A DNA stretch of 64,000 nucleotides. Source: a virus. Its lineage: Duplodnaviria > Caudoviricetes. The DNA lies in the IMG/VR virus record IMGVR_UViG_3300013105_000843, positions 1-64,000 of that record. One strand, written 5' to 3'. The notes beneath the pieces were generated by a model, which saw nothing but the letters and a program-made list of their open reading frames with translations, did not search any database and was not told where the DNA came from. Positions 38,066 to 48,010 of the stretch are shown piece after piece (the stretch's first letter is position 1; every line of letters starts with the position of its first letter). Both the position numbers and the translations under genes were made by a program.

Positions 38066-38293
38066 TTAGGAGTGCTGAGCCCAGCGGTAAGCCGCGTGAC
38101 GAAACAACGAGTATTCCAACACCTTTCTCGCCTCCTGCTTACCGATGCCCGCGTAATCTGCAAGCTCGACACCGAGGCGACGGACCACTCCGTCAGGGAG
38201 AACAGCCTGCTCGTCGAGCACCTTCAGCTCGCGAATTGCAGCCTTCATGTCGGCATCGGATATCGCATCCAGAAATTCGGTAACGCGTGTCAT
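38066..38293 (-). CDS. Hypothetical protein
   Basis: AAGGA RBS, MTRVTEFLD. Confidence 0.6.
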   Translation of the reverse strand: MTRVTEFLDAISDADMKAAIRELKVLDEQAVLPDGVVRRLGVELADYAGIGKQEARKVLEYSLFRHAAYRWAQHS

Positions 38294-38312
38294 CGGGATT
38301 ATTCCTTGTGGG

Positions 38313-38573
38313 TTAGAGAGCGTCTCGCACCGCACACCGCAGGTCAAACAGCCAGCCCTTGATGTCAAAGTCAGCACGATACTGACAGTGCGCCAGCAAG
38401 ATAGTGTCTGCTGCAATGCTGATGCGGCCCTCGTCCTGCGCATCCAGCGCTTCTTGGGCCTGCTGAAGCCAGCTCGCGGGCGCTTCAGGTACCTGCCCGG
38501 GTTGCTCTTGAGCTGTGAGAACCGCGCATCGCAGCGCATCTTCTACCGATACGTTATGTGCCATTTTGCGCAC
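38313..38573 (-). CDS. Hypothetical protein
   Basis: 86-aa ORF downstream of an AT-rich promoter-like site. Confidence 0.55.
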   Translation of the reverse strand: MRKMAHNVSVEDALRCAVLTAQEQPGQVPEAPASWLQQAQEALDAQDEGRISIAADTILLAHCQYRADFDIKGWLFDLRCAVRDAL

Positions 38574-38700
38574 CTGATTTGGGTGATTCCCGGATGACTC
38601 TCAAAATACGCCCAATAGGCGTATTTGTCAAGTGAACTGACCTCCCAACATGGAAATCCAGATACCAAAAAAGAAGCCCGCAATTGCGGGCTCCAGAGAG

Positions 38701-39273
38701 TCATTCGCTGTAGAAACAGCGTGCACATACCTGCTTGTAGGTGACGTCGCCAATGAGCACTTGCGGCCCTTGCCGGACCCGCTGGCCACGCTCGTCGACG
38801 CGCATGTTCATCGTGGCCTTGGAGCCGCACGCACACACGTTTTTCAGCTCCTCGATGTCTTCCGACAGGGTGAGCAGCATGGCCGAGCCTGCGAACGGCT
38901 TGCCCTGGAAATCCGAGCGCAGGCAAAAGCACAGGACGGGTACATCGAGCTGATGCACGGCACGATGGAGCTGCTGCACCTGCTCGACGGTCAGGAACTG
39001 CGCCTCGTCGATGAGCACGGCACCCAGCGCATCCCCAGCCTGGTCGCGAAATGCGACGACGCGCGCGAACATATCCACGCCGGCATCAAACACTTCCGCG
39101 TCCTTGCTCACGCCAAGCCGCGAAGTGATTTTGCCCACGCCGAAGCGGTTATCTATCTTCGCCGTCAGCAGCAGCACCTGCTTGTTGAGTGCAGCATAGT
39201 TGTGCTCAATCTGCAGCAGTTGCGTGCTCTTGCCGGCGTTCATCGCCGCATAGCGCGTGTAAAGCTTGCTCAT
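38701..39273 (-). CDS. tdk: Thymidine kinase
   Basis: AMNAGKST, ITSRLG, LIDEAQFL, LRSDFQG, C-terminal Cys pairs. Confidence 0.96.
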   Translation of the reverse strand: MSKLYTRYAAMNAGKSTQLLQIEHNYAALNKQVLLLTAKIDNRFGVGKITSRLGVSKDAEVFDAGVDMFARVVAFRDQAGDALGAVLIDEAQFLTVEQVQQLHRAVHQLDVPVLCFCLRSDFQGKPFAGSAMLLTLSEDIEELKNVCACGSKATMNMRVDERGQRVRQGPQVLIGDVTYKQVCARCFYSE

Positions 39274-39288
39274 GGTGACTCCAGTGAA

Positions 39289-39597
39289 TCAATATGCGAC
39301 GTCTCGTTGCTGGTAACGCCGCACGTGCTCGGGATTGGCCGGGTCGAACGGCACCTCGGTGATGAAGTAGAACGCACGGTTCACGAGGTGATAGCCTTGG
39401 GCAATGTGGAACTTGCCGTCGTTGACGAGCATCGTCCAGACCGTTTCCGGTGCGTACTTCGAGGTAGCCAGCACCTGGTCCAGGTCCTGCCCCATGGCCT
39501 CAAACCGCGTGACCTCGCCCGAAGCCGGATGCTTGCGCGGATTCTTGATGGGATGAAACGTGTCCACCCAGATATCGTATTGCGTGCGTCGTGTCAT
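39289..39597 (-). CDS. Hypothetical phage-like protein
   Basis: AGGAGA RBS, GYHLVNRAFYFITE. Confidence 0.75.
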   Translation of the reverse strand: MTRRTQYDIWVDTFHPIKNPRKHPASGEVTRFEAMGQDLDQVLATSKYAPETVWTMLVNDGKFHIAQGYHLVNRAFYFITEVPFDPANPEHVRRYQQRDVAY

Positions 39598-39733
39598 GTC
39601 CTTCTCCTGTGTCCTTGGGTTGAGCCACGAAGCGTGGCGGTACTACGCTCCCGTATAGCCACGCCGCCAGGAGACCCGCGAACGGCCAAAGAAAAACCCG
39701 GGCAGAAGCCCGGGCTGGAGCGAGATGATACCG

Positions 39734-40486
39734 TTATGCCACCTTCTTCTCCGGCGCCGGCAGCGTGAGGAAGTCGGAAATCTGGTGGATGTACACTTCG
39801 GCGCCGCGAATGACAAACCCGTCCACCCGATGGCGCTGCACGTTATCAAACTTGAACACCTTCGACGAAGGCAGGCGCGTCTTGAACAGCTCGCATAGCG
39901 CATGGCGGCTCGCGTCGCAGTCGGCCAGAGCCCACTCACGGTCGTCTTCGATGAGCACGAAGCCGCGCTCGCGTAGGCTGTCGTACCAGCAGTCCTTGCG
40001 CTCTTTGTCCGTCACGGGGGTGTCCGAGTCAATCAGCCGGAAATCGCCGAACATACTGCAGCTGAAGTTTACTTTGCAGACGTACTCGCCGAACGCAATG
40101 TCGGAAATATGCCCGAACCCTTCGTGGCGCCACCACCGCCGTAGCTGTTCGGCCATCTGCTTCAGGCTCATCTGGGTCACTTCAGGAGCCTGCACGTTGC
40201 CGAGCTGCGCTTCGAGTTCGCGGATGCGTTCGTTTGCCTGGCGCAGCTGAACGTAGCGCTGGTCACGCTCCTGCGCGCTATCAGTCTCGATTCCCAGCGT
40301 CTTGCAGAGATACGCCAGCTCGAACTCGGCCACCTTCACGCAGTTGGTTGCCAACTCCGCGTTGATAGCCGTGCCGTCCTGGATGATGCCGAAAATCGTG
40401 CCGACCGCTTCGCGGACTTGACGGATTTGGCGCAGCGCAACCGCGTTCTTGTCGCGCGAAAGCTTGAGTGTCTGGTTAGAAGACAT
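39734..40486 (-). CDS. Hypothetical protein
   Basis: AAGGA RBS, coiled-coil region. Confidence 0.75.
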   Translation of the reverse strand: MSSNQTLKLSRDKNAVALRQIRQVREAVGTIFGIIQDGTAINAELATNCVKVAEFELAYLCKTLGIETDSAQERDQRYVQLRQANERIRELEAQLGNVQAPEVTQMSLKQMAEQLRRWWRHEGFGHISDIAFGEYVCKVNFSCSMFGDFRLIDSDTPVTDKERKDCWYDSLRERGFVLIEDDREWALADCDASRHALCELFKTRLPSSKVFKFDNVQRHRVDGFVIRGAEVYIHQISDFLTLPAPEKKVA

Positions 40487-40521
40487 GATGGTGTCCTTTA
40501 CGTTGAGGGATGTGTCCTGCC

Positions 40522-42810
40522 TCACCGTATAGCCGCGGGCTCGACTCCCTGGCCGCCCGTCACGTACTGCGGAACCACGAGCGGCGCACCGGCCTTCGGC
40601 GCCCACTCGGCCGGCTTCGCGCAGGCAGCAACGCTGGTCGCCGGCGTGAACGGCTTGAGCACTGTGTAGAGGTCGTTCGGTTGTTGGCCGAGCCCGTTCG
40701 TGAGCATCGACAGGCGCAGGCGCATCGACGTCGTTTCAATGACCGGATGGTCGAGCGTCGAGAGCGGTTCGCGGCCCGTCGGCAGCAGCGGGCCCGGCGT
40801 GGTCCAGCCGCTGCAGCTCACTGCGCGCAGCAGGCTGATATCGTCGGCCAGCAGCTTCTGGTCGGCGGCGCGCGTGACCAGCCGGCCGAGGTCGATGGTC
40901 GCGCCCGGCCGCAGCTCGCGGTCCGAGGCCAGGATGATGGGATAGGGACTCGGTGCGATGTACAGGTGCGCGAAGTGCCGGGCCACCGGCGCGAGGAACG
41001 TGCGGACCTGCTCCTGGCTCGCACCTTCGTTTTCGTCGACGTACAGCTGCAGGATGCCGCCCGGCTTCAGGCAGCGCTTCGCCGCGCTGACGAACTCGTC
41101 GGTGTACAGCTTGTACGCGTTGAACATCATCGCGTAGGTCGACGTGTTGAAGATGAAGTCGTAGCTGCCCGGTGCGCAGTGGCGCACGAAATCGAGCGCG
41201 TCGTCGCGATGAATCGTCGCGTCGGGGCGCGCGCCGACCCGATGGTTGTACGCGGCCATCGTCGGCAGCGCCTGCAGCACGGCCGGCGAAATCTCGACAA
41301 CATCGGTGTGGGCGGAAATGAGGCTGGCGCCGAGCGCGGATTGCCCGGACCCCAGGCCAATCACCAGGCTGCGCGCCAGCGGCGCATCGACCACCTTGGC
41401 CGGAAAGAGCGCCACGGCCGTCTCGCGTTCCGTGTTGAGGAAATGGCTCAGGTGGCCGTCGACGAAGTAGACCCGGTCGAGCGGCACGTTGAGCACGCTC
41501 GCCGGAATCTGCGTGGTGCGCGCCGAGATGAAGCCAGCGGTGCTGCCGAGCACGGTCGACAGCGTCGCGCCCGTCATCCGGAGGGCCGGCAGTTCCTTGA
41601 ACGCGTAGGCCGTTGCTACCGGCTGGAAACCGACACTCACCCCCATGGCCAAGCCGACCGCGGAGGCCACCAGCCAGGTGCCCAGCGCGAGCGGACGCCG
41701 CGGCTGCGTGACCGCGAGCAGGACCAGGACGAGCAGCGCTCCCGCTGCAAGCGCGGGCCAGACTGTCAGGAGCTGCGCGCCGCATGCAATCGCGGCCACG
41801 CCGCCGGCGACGTTGCCGAGCGCCGACACCAGCAGCAGCCGGCTGACGGACACGTCCCGCGCCTCCTTCATGGCGGCCGACAGGCAGCTGAAGAGCGCAG
41901 CGGACACCATCACGGGAAGGCTGAGCAACAGGGCCAGCATCAGCGCATAGGCCTCGAGCTGGATGAACCCGGAATGCAGCAGCCACGCCGGCGCTTCCCG
42001 GTAGCAGAGGAGCCCGGCGGCGAGCCAGACCCCTACCAGCGCGCTGAGCGCGGCCGGCGAGGTTCGCCGGCCCAGGGCCACGAGGCCGCCCAGTGCGAGA
42101 GCGAGCAACACCGCGCCGTTATACAGCCCGTTGTGCATGCGGGCGGGCAGCACGATGTACTGGTAGCCCTTTAGTCCCCAGCCGATAGCGAGGTAACTGG
42201 CGATGCTGGCCAGGAAGACGGCGATGACGGCCGTGCGATGCGCACGCAGCCAGGCTCCCCACGACGGCGCGGGCTGCGTCGCCGCGTCGGTTGCCGGCGC
42301 GCGACGGAGCGCCCTCGCGACCAGCACCCCCAACCCGGTCTGGATGGTGCCCAGCGTGAGCAACACACCCGACAGCGTCGCGAACGGCAACACGAACCAT
42401 TCGAGCGCAATCACGCCGAGCGCCGCACCGAGGTGGTAGACGCCGTAGGTCAGGCCGACATGCCGACGCACGAAGTGCGCATAGAGCGGCAGGTGCACGC
42501 CGAGCGCGAGCGCGGGCGGCGCGAGCAGCGCGACGGCGGCCCAGGTCGGGAGCGTGAGCTGGGCGAGCAAGCCGAGCCGGATGCCGACGCCCAGAGCGAC
42601 GGCATAGAGCCCGGCGCCGACCTCGACGAGTGGCAGCGCGCGCCTCAGCCGGGGCGCGACGAGATTGCCGAGCGCCGAGAAGACGATGAACGAAAGCGTG
42701 GTCAGGTAGTACGTCAGGTAATAGTCGCCGTTGGCAGCGCTGACGACGCGCATGAATACGGCCTGGCTGGCCAGGCAGGCCAGCCCACTGAGCAAGGCGA
42801 AAGGGAGCAT
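40522..42810 (-). CDS. Polytopic membrane protein fused to a spermidine synthase-like SAM-binding domain
   Basis: About 12 TMs followed by LVIGLGSG, DVVEIS, DDALDFV, LKPGGIL. Confidence 0.85.
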   Translation of the reverse strand: MLPFALLSGLACLASQAVFMRVVSAANGDYYLTYYLTTLSFIVFSALGNLVAPRLRRALPLVEVGAGLYAVALGVGIRLGLLAQLTLPTWAAVALLAPPALALGVHLPLYAHFVRRHVGLTYGVYHLGAALGVIALEWFVLPFATLSGVLLTLGTIQTGLGVLVARALRRAPATDAATQPAPSWGAWLRAHRTAVIAVFLASIASYLAIGWGLKGYQYIVLPARMHNGLYNGAVLLALALGGLVALGRRTSPAALSALVGVWLAAGLLCYREAPAWLLHSGFIQLEAYALMLALLLSLPVMVSAALFSCLSAAMKEARDVSVSRLLLVSALGNVAGGVAAIACGAQLLTVWPALAAGALLVLVLLAVTQPRRPLALGTWLVASAVGLAMGVSVGFQPVATAYAFKELPALRMTGATLSTVLGSTAGFISARTTQIPASVLNVPLDRVYFVDGHLSHFLNTERETAVALFPAKVVDAPLARSLVIGLGSGQSALGASLISAHTDVVEISPAVLQALPTMAAYNHRVGARPDATIHRDDALDFVRHCAPGSYDFIFNTSTYAMMFNAYKLYTDEFVSAAKRCLKPGGILQLYVDENEGASQEQVRTFLAPVARHFAHLYIAPSPYPIILASDRELRPGATIDLGRLVTRAADQKLLADDISLLRAVSCSGWTTPGPLLPTGREPLSTLDHPVIETTSMRLRLSMLTNGLGQQPNDLYTVLKPFTPATSVAACAKPAEWAPKAGAPLVVPQYVTGGQGVEPAAIR

Positions 42811-42923
42811 CAGGAACCCCAGGGTGCGGAACGCGAATAGTATGCCTTATAATGCGTGAAATGCCAACTCCAATGAAAATGGCCGCTCGGTGAGGAGCGG
42901 CCATGGGAGTCAACAGAACGGCA

Positions 42924-43601
42924 TCAGTACAGGTAGCCGTTGAACGTCTCTTCGATGCTGACCTTGTGCTTTTTCGCGTACTTCACGGCCTCGGCGACGT
43001 CGTCGAACGAAGGCCCCGGGGCGGACATCGCCCGGTCGTTCTCCGCCGAGCTGCGCGTCACGTGCAGCGTGCCGCCCTTGAAGTGCCCTTCGACGCCATG
43101 CTCTTTGGCCAGGTCGAGGACGGCCGGCGGGACCGGTTCGGCGTAGCTCGCTTCCGCTGAGCCATAGTCGGCCTGCACCCAGTCCCATACCGACTGCGAC
43201 ACCAGCTTCACGACCGTATCTCCGCCACCCGACAGCACGAGCAGGTACTGCTTGCCCTGGGTGGTGGATTTCGGCCGGGCCACGACATCGAAGCCGAGCT
43301 TGTCCGCCCATTCGCGCAGCATGCGCTCCTGCAGGGCCGGCTCCGTGTGGCGCCAGCCGTAGGTCTGCAGATGCGACACGCCGAGGTTGCCGCCGATAGT
43401 CACGAGCGAGGTGCTGTCGGCGTGATGCACTTCGACCACGTGCGCTGCATTGGCATGACCACCCGAGCCGACGTCCAGCCGGTCCGGACGGTGCGTCATC
43501 ATCAAGCGAATGGCATCGGCGAGGCTCTTGCCGAACGTCGGGTCCTTCTCCAGCCGGTCGAGCGCGTCGACCATCACCACGACAGTAGCGTTGTAGCCCA
43601 T
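42924..43601 (-). CDS. Hypothetical protein
   Basis: AAGGAG RBS, 225 aa. Confidence 0.7.
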   Translation of the reverse strand: MGYNATVVVMVDALDRLEKDPTFGKSLADAIRLMMTHRPDRLDVGSGGHANAAHVVEVHHADSTSLVTIGGNLGVSHLQTYGWRHTEPALQERMLREWADKLGFDVVARPKSTTQGKQYLLVLSGGGDTVVKLVSQSVWDWVQADYGSAEASYAEPVPPAVLDLAKEHGVEGHFKGGTLHVTRSSAENDRAMSAPGPSFDDVAEAVKYAKKHKVSIEETFNGYLY

Positions 43602-43613
43602 CAATTTTCTCCT

Positions 43614-43862
43614 TTATGCGGCGTCGACGATGTCGAAGCACCAGTTATCGATGAGGTAGGCGTCGATATCCGGGTTGTCCACCGACACGGCAAACGTCAG
43701 CTCCGGCGCCGTCAGCGATTCGCTGTCGACCTCCGTCACCGTCATGCGCAGCGTCTTCATGTGAGCCAACTCGTGGCAGGTGCCATACACCTGCCGCAGA
43801 CCGTGGTCGTTCAGCACGACCGTGTCGCCGACCTTCGGAACAGGATGAGAAAATATCTTCAC
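43614..43862 (-). CDS. Hypothetical protein
   Basis: GGAGG RBS, GTG start. Confidence 0.65.
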   Translation of the reverse strand: MKIFSHPVPKVGDTVVLNDHGLRQVYGTCHELAHMKTLRMTVTEVDSESLTAPELTFAVSVDNPDIDAYLIDNWCFDIVDAA

Positions 43863-43874
43863 GCTGTCCTCCGG

Positions 43875-44159
43875 TCAGGCCACGACGGCTTCGACTTCCA
43901 CCTCGTACGTGATGCCCGCCATCAGCGGTTCATCGGCACGAAGCTCCGCCCAGACATGCGGCGGCGCGTCGAGCGCCACCACCTGGCCGCGGGAGTTCAT
44001 CAGCCCCGCTTCCATCCACTGCTGCGGAAACTTGCTGTAGTGGTCACGCACGCTGCGCGCCTCGTCAGCGATTTCCTTGAGCGACGCGTTGCAGGCGACG
44101 ATGCGGCACTGACCGGCGATGTCGGTGAGTGCCGGCACGATGTAGAAGGTCACTTTCAT
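43875..44159 (-). CDS. Hypothetical protein
   Basis: ATGA coupling to upstream ORF. Confidence 0.65.
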   Translation of the reverse strand: MKVTFYIVPALTDIAGQCRIVACNASLKEIADEARSVRDHYSKFPQQWMEAGLMNSRGQVVALDAPPHVWAELRADEPLMAGITYEVEVEAVVA

Positions 44160-44647
44160 GCTGACGCTCCCTTCGTATCCGCAACCGGCACCGTCCAGCC
44201 AGGCAGCACCTGTTCGATGGCCCGGGCATAGTTCGCCAGGTCCGCCGGGTCGCTCGAGGCATCGCCCATGAAACTGTAGGCAAGGTCCCCCAGTTTTTGC
44301 ATTCCGGTGGCCTGCAGGTCGCCGCTGCGCTCGTGCATGGCATCCACCAGCACCTTGCCCAGCTCTTCGGTGACCTCGTACTGGAACACCCCAGGGAACC
44401 CCTCTTCGCACGCGGCGCCCAGGGCAAGCTCCACTTCCGCGACCTTCACGGCCAGTGGCGCCAGCTCGATGAGCCCGTCGAGAAAGCCTGCTCCCGACTG
44501 CTCCTGCACCAGGGTCACAAACGTTCCGGTGTCACCCATCTGGGCATGCATGCCGAACAGCAAGCTCATCGCATTGACGGCAACCCACATCTCACGTTCG
44601 GCGGCGGCCTTCAACTCGCGCGCCACCTTGCATTCTTGTTTGCACAT
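44156..44647 (-). CDS. Hypothetical protein
   Basis: GGAG RBS, co-oriented run. Confidence 0.7.
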   Translation of the reverse strand: MCKQECKVARELKAAAEREMWVAVNAMSLLFGMHAQMGDTGTFVTLVQEQSGAGFLDGLIELAPLAVKVAEVELALGAACEEGFPGVFQYEVTEELGKVLVDAMHERSGDLQATGMQKLGDLAYSFMGDASSDPADLANYARAIEQVLPGWTVPVADTKGASA

Positions 44648-44676
44648 ATCCAATCTCCGTATGGGGTTCAGCGAGG

Positions 44677-45105
44677 TCAGGCGGTGACGCCAGCCAGCTG
44701 CGCGAGCTGTGTGTGGTTCAAGTGAAAGACATCGGGGTTGACCGGGTCGACGTTCGCGAGCGCCAGCTCTTCTTCAGCCGCGGCAAGCCGCGCCTTCAGT
44801 ATCGAAATCTGACGTTGCCGGCGGGCCTTGAAGGACTCGAGGGCCTGCTCCAGCGTCTCGTGAGCAAAGCGCTTGCGCGACGTGTCGAGTACGAATTTGC
44901 GTTCGCCTTCAGCGCGAATCCACTTGCCACACCGGGTCACCTTCAGGATGGGATACTCGTACGCGTACAGCTGCGAGTAGCTCGTGCCGTAAGGGTCCCC
45001 GTCCTCGTCGAAACTGCCGACGCGACGCGACTCGACGCGAACCATCGTACCCAGTCCCTGGTCCTGCGAAAAACCAGCCACTCTGATGATGTTGGGATAC
45101 TTCAT
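44677..45105 (-). CDS. Hypothetical phage-like protein
   Basis: GAGGAG RBS, KVTRCGKWI...RFAHETLEQALESF. Confidence 0.7.
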   Translation of the reverse strand: MKYPNIIRVAGFSQDQGLGTMVRVESRRVGSFDEDGDPYGTSYSQLYAYEYPILKVTRCGKWIRAEGERKFVLDTSRKRFAHETLEQALESFKARRQRQISILKARLAAAEEELALANVDPVNPDVFHLNHTQLAQLAGVTA

Positions 45106-45174
45106 CGTTATCTCCTCGGCACAAAAAACAGGGTGAAGCACGCTTCACCCTGTCCTGAGTGCACTGTTTCTGGA

Positions 45175-45996
45175 TTAGCAGTAGCCGGCGTTGAGCAGCT
45201 TGTCGGCCGCCGAGAAAGCGCGGTTGGCGAGCCGGTCCGGGATGCGCGGCTTCCTGCCGTCATCGTCGTCCAGTGCCAGCTGCACCCGCATGCGGCCTTC
45301 CTCGAGGCCCGGAATGCCCAGCGTTGCCGCGCACAGGTACGCGGCCGTCTCGGCTTCCAGGTCGCGCAGGTCGGCTTCCTGCGGCACGCTCTTGCCCGGT
45401 TCATCCGCGGTATGGCCCAGGATGATGCGGGCCATCTCGCGCAGCCGGCCATAGACCGGATGCGCATCGAGCGGCGAGACCGCAATCGCATTGCCGCCGG
45501 CCCAGCCCAGACGCTTCGTGTCCGTGACGCTCGCGAACTCGAACGCACGTTCCTGGATTTCGAGGAAGTCCAGCGCGGCCTTCACGCTCCACTCCTTGCC
45601 ATCCGGTTCCGGCGGCTGATACTCCGCGCCGGCCGTCTGCCCGAGGTGGAACCAGTAGCTGCGCAGCATGAAGCGCGTGAAGCGCTTGTGCTCGACCTCC
45701 TCGCCGGTTTTCTCGTCCTTCTTCTTCGCTTTGACGGGCACCGGCATGACCAGCGCGATGCTCGCCTTCTCCCCTTTCTGGACCGGCCGCTCGACACCCA
45801 GCCAACCCTTGAAGGTGTTGATGGGCATCAGCGGCAGTCCGCGGGCACGCAGCTGCGTGCTCGCCAGCCAGCGGTTGGTCAGGCTGTACTGATGGAAAAA
45901 GCGGTACGCGGCCGCCAGCTGGCCGGGCTCGCGCACGGCCTCTTCCAGCAGCTCGTACCAGTCGGGGCTGTCTTGACGTGCGACGGTTGCTTCCAT
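45175..45996 (-). CDS. ArdC-like ssDNA-binding antirestriction protein
   Basis: YSLTNRWLA, TFKGW...VQKGEKA, FHLGQT, and a zincin-like region with LEAETAAY. Confidence 0.75.
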   Translation of the reverse strand: MEATVARQDSPDWYELLEEAVREPGQLAAAYRFFHQYSLTNRWLASTQLRARGLPLMPINTFKGWLGVERPVQKGEKASIALVMPVPVKAKKKDEKTGEEVEHKRFTRFMLRSYWFHLGQTAGAEYQPPEPDGKEWSVKAALDFLEIQERAFEFASVTDTKRLGWAGGNAIAVSPLDAHPVYGRLREMARIILGHTADEPGKSVPQEADLRDLEAETAAYLCAATLGIPGLEEGRMRVQLALDDDDGRKPRIPDRLANRAFSAADKLLNAGYC

Positions 45997-46138
45997 GGTG
46001 TTTTCCTCCGGTTTTGAGTGCGCGCAGGCTTGTTGCATGACAAACGCGCATTTAACGATATATGTGACCTGCAGCGGAGTATAGGCGTGGAGACGGGTTG
46101 AGAAATCGGATAGACTGCCGGCCGGAGAGGAGGATGGA

Positions 46139-46618
46139 ATGGAAGGGAAACTGTGGTTCAGCCGGCTGGAACTGACGCGCCCGAGCCTGGGGCGTCCGAT
46201 GCAGTTCAACGTGACGCTAACGGGCGGCCCGACCGGCCGGCCGGGCGTCTCCGCGCTGATACTGCGCACGCCCGGGCAGCCGGGGCTCGGCTGGTGCCTG
46301 CTGGCGGACCACCCGGAAAACGACGGGGTGTCGGTGACGAACGGCGCGATGGACTATGCCGACGCGGTATGCCGCGCGCTCGAGTGCTCGCGGATGGACC
46401 TCGCCTGGTTCGAGATGGACTCGATGGGGTGCATCGACGAACTGCATCTGCTCGGTGACGAGGCACGGTTCGCGCCGGTGCACGAGCCGGACTCCAAGCC
46501 GCGGACGCTGGTCGCCTTCCTGCGGCGCGCCGAGCGGGTACTCGGCCCCCTGCCGGCGGAGTTCACGGTGGCCGTCAACGCGTGCGCGCTGCGCTTTGGC
46601 TGGCGGAATCGCGATTGA
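46139..46618 (+). CDS. Hypothetical protein
   Basis: GAGG RBS, NDGVSVTN motif. Confidence 0.65.
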   Translation: MEGKLWFSRLELTRPSLGRPMQFNVTLTGGPTGRPGVSALILRTPGQPGLGWCLLADHPENDGVSVTNGAMDYADAVCRALECSRMDLAWFEMDSMGCIDELHLLGDEARFAPVHEPDSKPRTLVAFLRRAERVLGPLPAEFTVAVNACALRFGWRNRD

Positions 46619-46683
46619 GCGGCGGCGCCACGTGAAAAAGCCCCTGAGCGATGCTCAGGGGCCTGAAGATGGGGTGTGAGTGG

Positions 46684-46788
46684 TCAGCTTTCGTCGGTTT
46701 CCGACGGCTCGAAGCTGATGGGCTCGCCGTCGTTACCGTTTTTCGCTTGCTGCTCCAGGTAGTCTTCCACGTCGAAGTAACCTTCCAT
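46684..46788 (-). CDS. Small acidic peptide
   Basis: GAGGA RBS, MEGYFDVEDYLEQQ..., terminator downstream. Confidence 0.5.
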   Translation of the reverse strand: MEGYFDVEDYLEQQAKNGNDGEPISFEPSETDES

Positions 46789-46885
46789 GATGTTGTCCTC
46801 GTATGAATGTTCACGGCGAGGAGTCGCCGCACCCTCGTATAGCGTGCGATTCGAGCATGACGTGCAATCATTTTCTGCGTAGACG

Positions 46886-46962
46886 AAAAAAAGCCCGGGA
46901 GCTTCGCTCACCGGGCAAAATCCCTATCCCTTTCAGTCCGATGAAGATGCTGTCTCCACCGG
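46886..46962 (-). ncRNA. Candidate small RNA 1
   Basis: TATACT -10 at 46969-46974, 5' hairpin, GCCCGG terminator with T7. Confidence 0.45.
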
Positions 46963-47016
46963 CAGATGAGTATAGTGTCGCTGACGGCCATGATTGCCGG
47001 TTTCTGGACGGACAAC

Positions 47017-47155
47017 AAAAAAAGCCCGGCAGTGCATGCACTGACCGGGCAAAGTCTCTCGGAGGATTTTCATCCCCACCGGACTGGCCCTTGCGGGCCG
47101 CGGAGGAAACAACACAAAACTCGTTGCAGCTGCGATTCAATTTCTGCCATCCATG
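47017..47155 (-). ncRNA. Candidate small RNA 2
   Basis: TTGACA-N17-TAATGT promoter, CCUCC motifs, paralogous terminator. Confidence 0.5.
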
Positions 47156-47298
47156 TGAAGCACATTACCGAGATAATGCTTTGATGTCAAGTTAATATTC
47201 ACAAAGTTAACTTAACTGTCATTCTGACGTTTACACGCAACACCCGCATGTAAAACGCCCACCATGCAGGTGGGCGTCAAAGAGACATCGTGCGTTGC

Positions 47299-47997
47299 TC
47301 AGGCGGCCGTGCGAGCCCGCTCGAGCAGCTGGTCGACCTGCCGGTAGAGTCCAGCAAAGTCGCCCTCGCGATTGATGAGCGTAGCGTCGACCTGCGTGTG
47401 GAGCAGCGCGATTTCCGACACATGTTCCCCGCCCGTGTACGCGACCTCGGTGCCCGGGCGAACGATGCGCACGAGCATTGCGCCCATCTCTGCCAGCGCA
47501 ACCGGCTCATTCGGCATGCGGACGTCGGTTACCAGGAAGTCGTCGAGACCGCTGACCTTTTCACAGCCCTGCCGGGTCCAGTAGTCGTCGCCGTACCGCT
47601 TGCGACGATACTCGGTGCCCCAGAGCTGGGTCACCCAGCGCGGCGAGCGCGGTGCGTCCATTGCCGCCTGCAGCTCGTCCGCAGCTACGAGCAGGGTGCC
47701 ACCCGCCCCCACTGCGCCGAGATGCATGAGCGCGACCTCCACGAACTCCTGGTCCTGGCAGTGTTTCAGCGCCAGGTAGTCCTGCTGCGTCTCTTTCAGC
47801 TCACGCTGCTCGAGACGGGCCACCGTGGTGCCGTAGGCTTTCGCCACCTCCTGCTTCAGGCTGTCCGCGAAAGCCACCCGCGTGAAGCCCTTGAGCGCCA
47901 GATAGTCCGCCACCGTATCCTTGCCCTGCGCGAGCGTCGGATAACGCATGCCGGACGGCAGGCCATCGAGGCCGCCACCAATCAGGCCGATAATCAT
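47299..47997 (-). CDS. Deoxynucleoside monophosphate kinase (phage type)
   Basis: IIGLIG...GKDTVA, FADSLK, QLWGTE..R, VTDVRMPNE, HVSE. Confidence 0.85.
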   Translation of the reverse strand: MIIGLIGGGLDGLPSGMRYPTLAQGKDTVADYLALKGFTRVAFADSLKQEVAKAYGTTVARLEQRELKETQQDYLALKHCQDQEFVEVALMHLGAVGAGGTLLVAADELQAAMDAPRSPRWVTQLWGTEYRRKRYGDDYWTRQGCEKVSGLDDFLVTDVRMPNEPVALAEMGAMLVRIVRPGTEVAYTGGEHVSEIALLHTQVDATLINREGDFAGLYRQVDQLLERARTAA

Positions 47998-48010
47998 CAG
48001 GTATCTCCTT

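Noticed and set aside
40510-42174. 554-aa plus-strand ORF
   Set aside because: It is an antisense shadow of the spermidine synthase-like gene.
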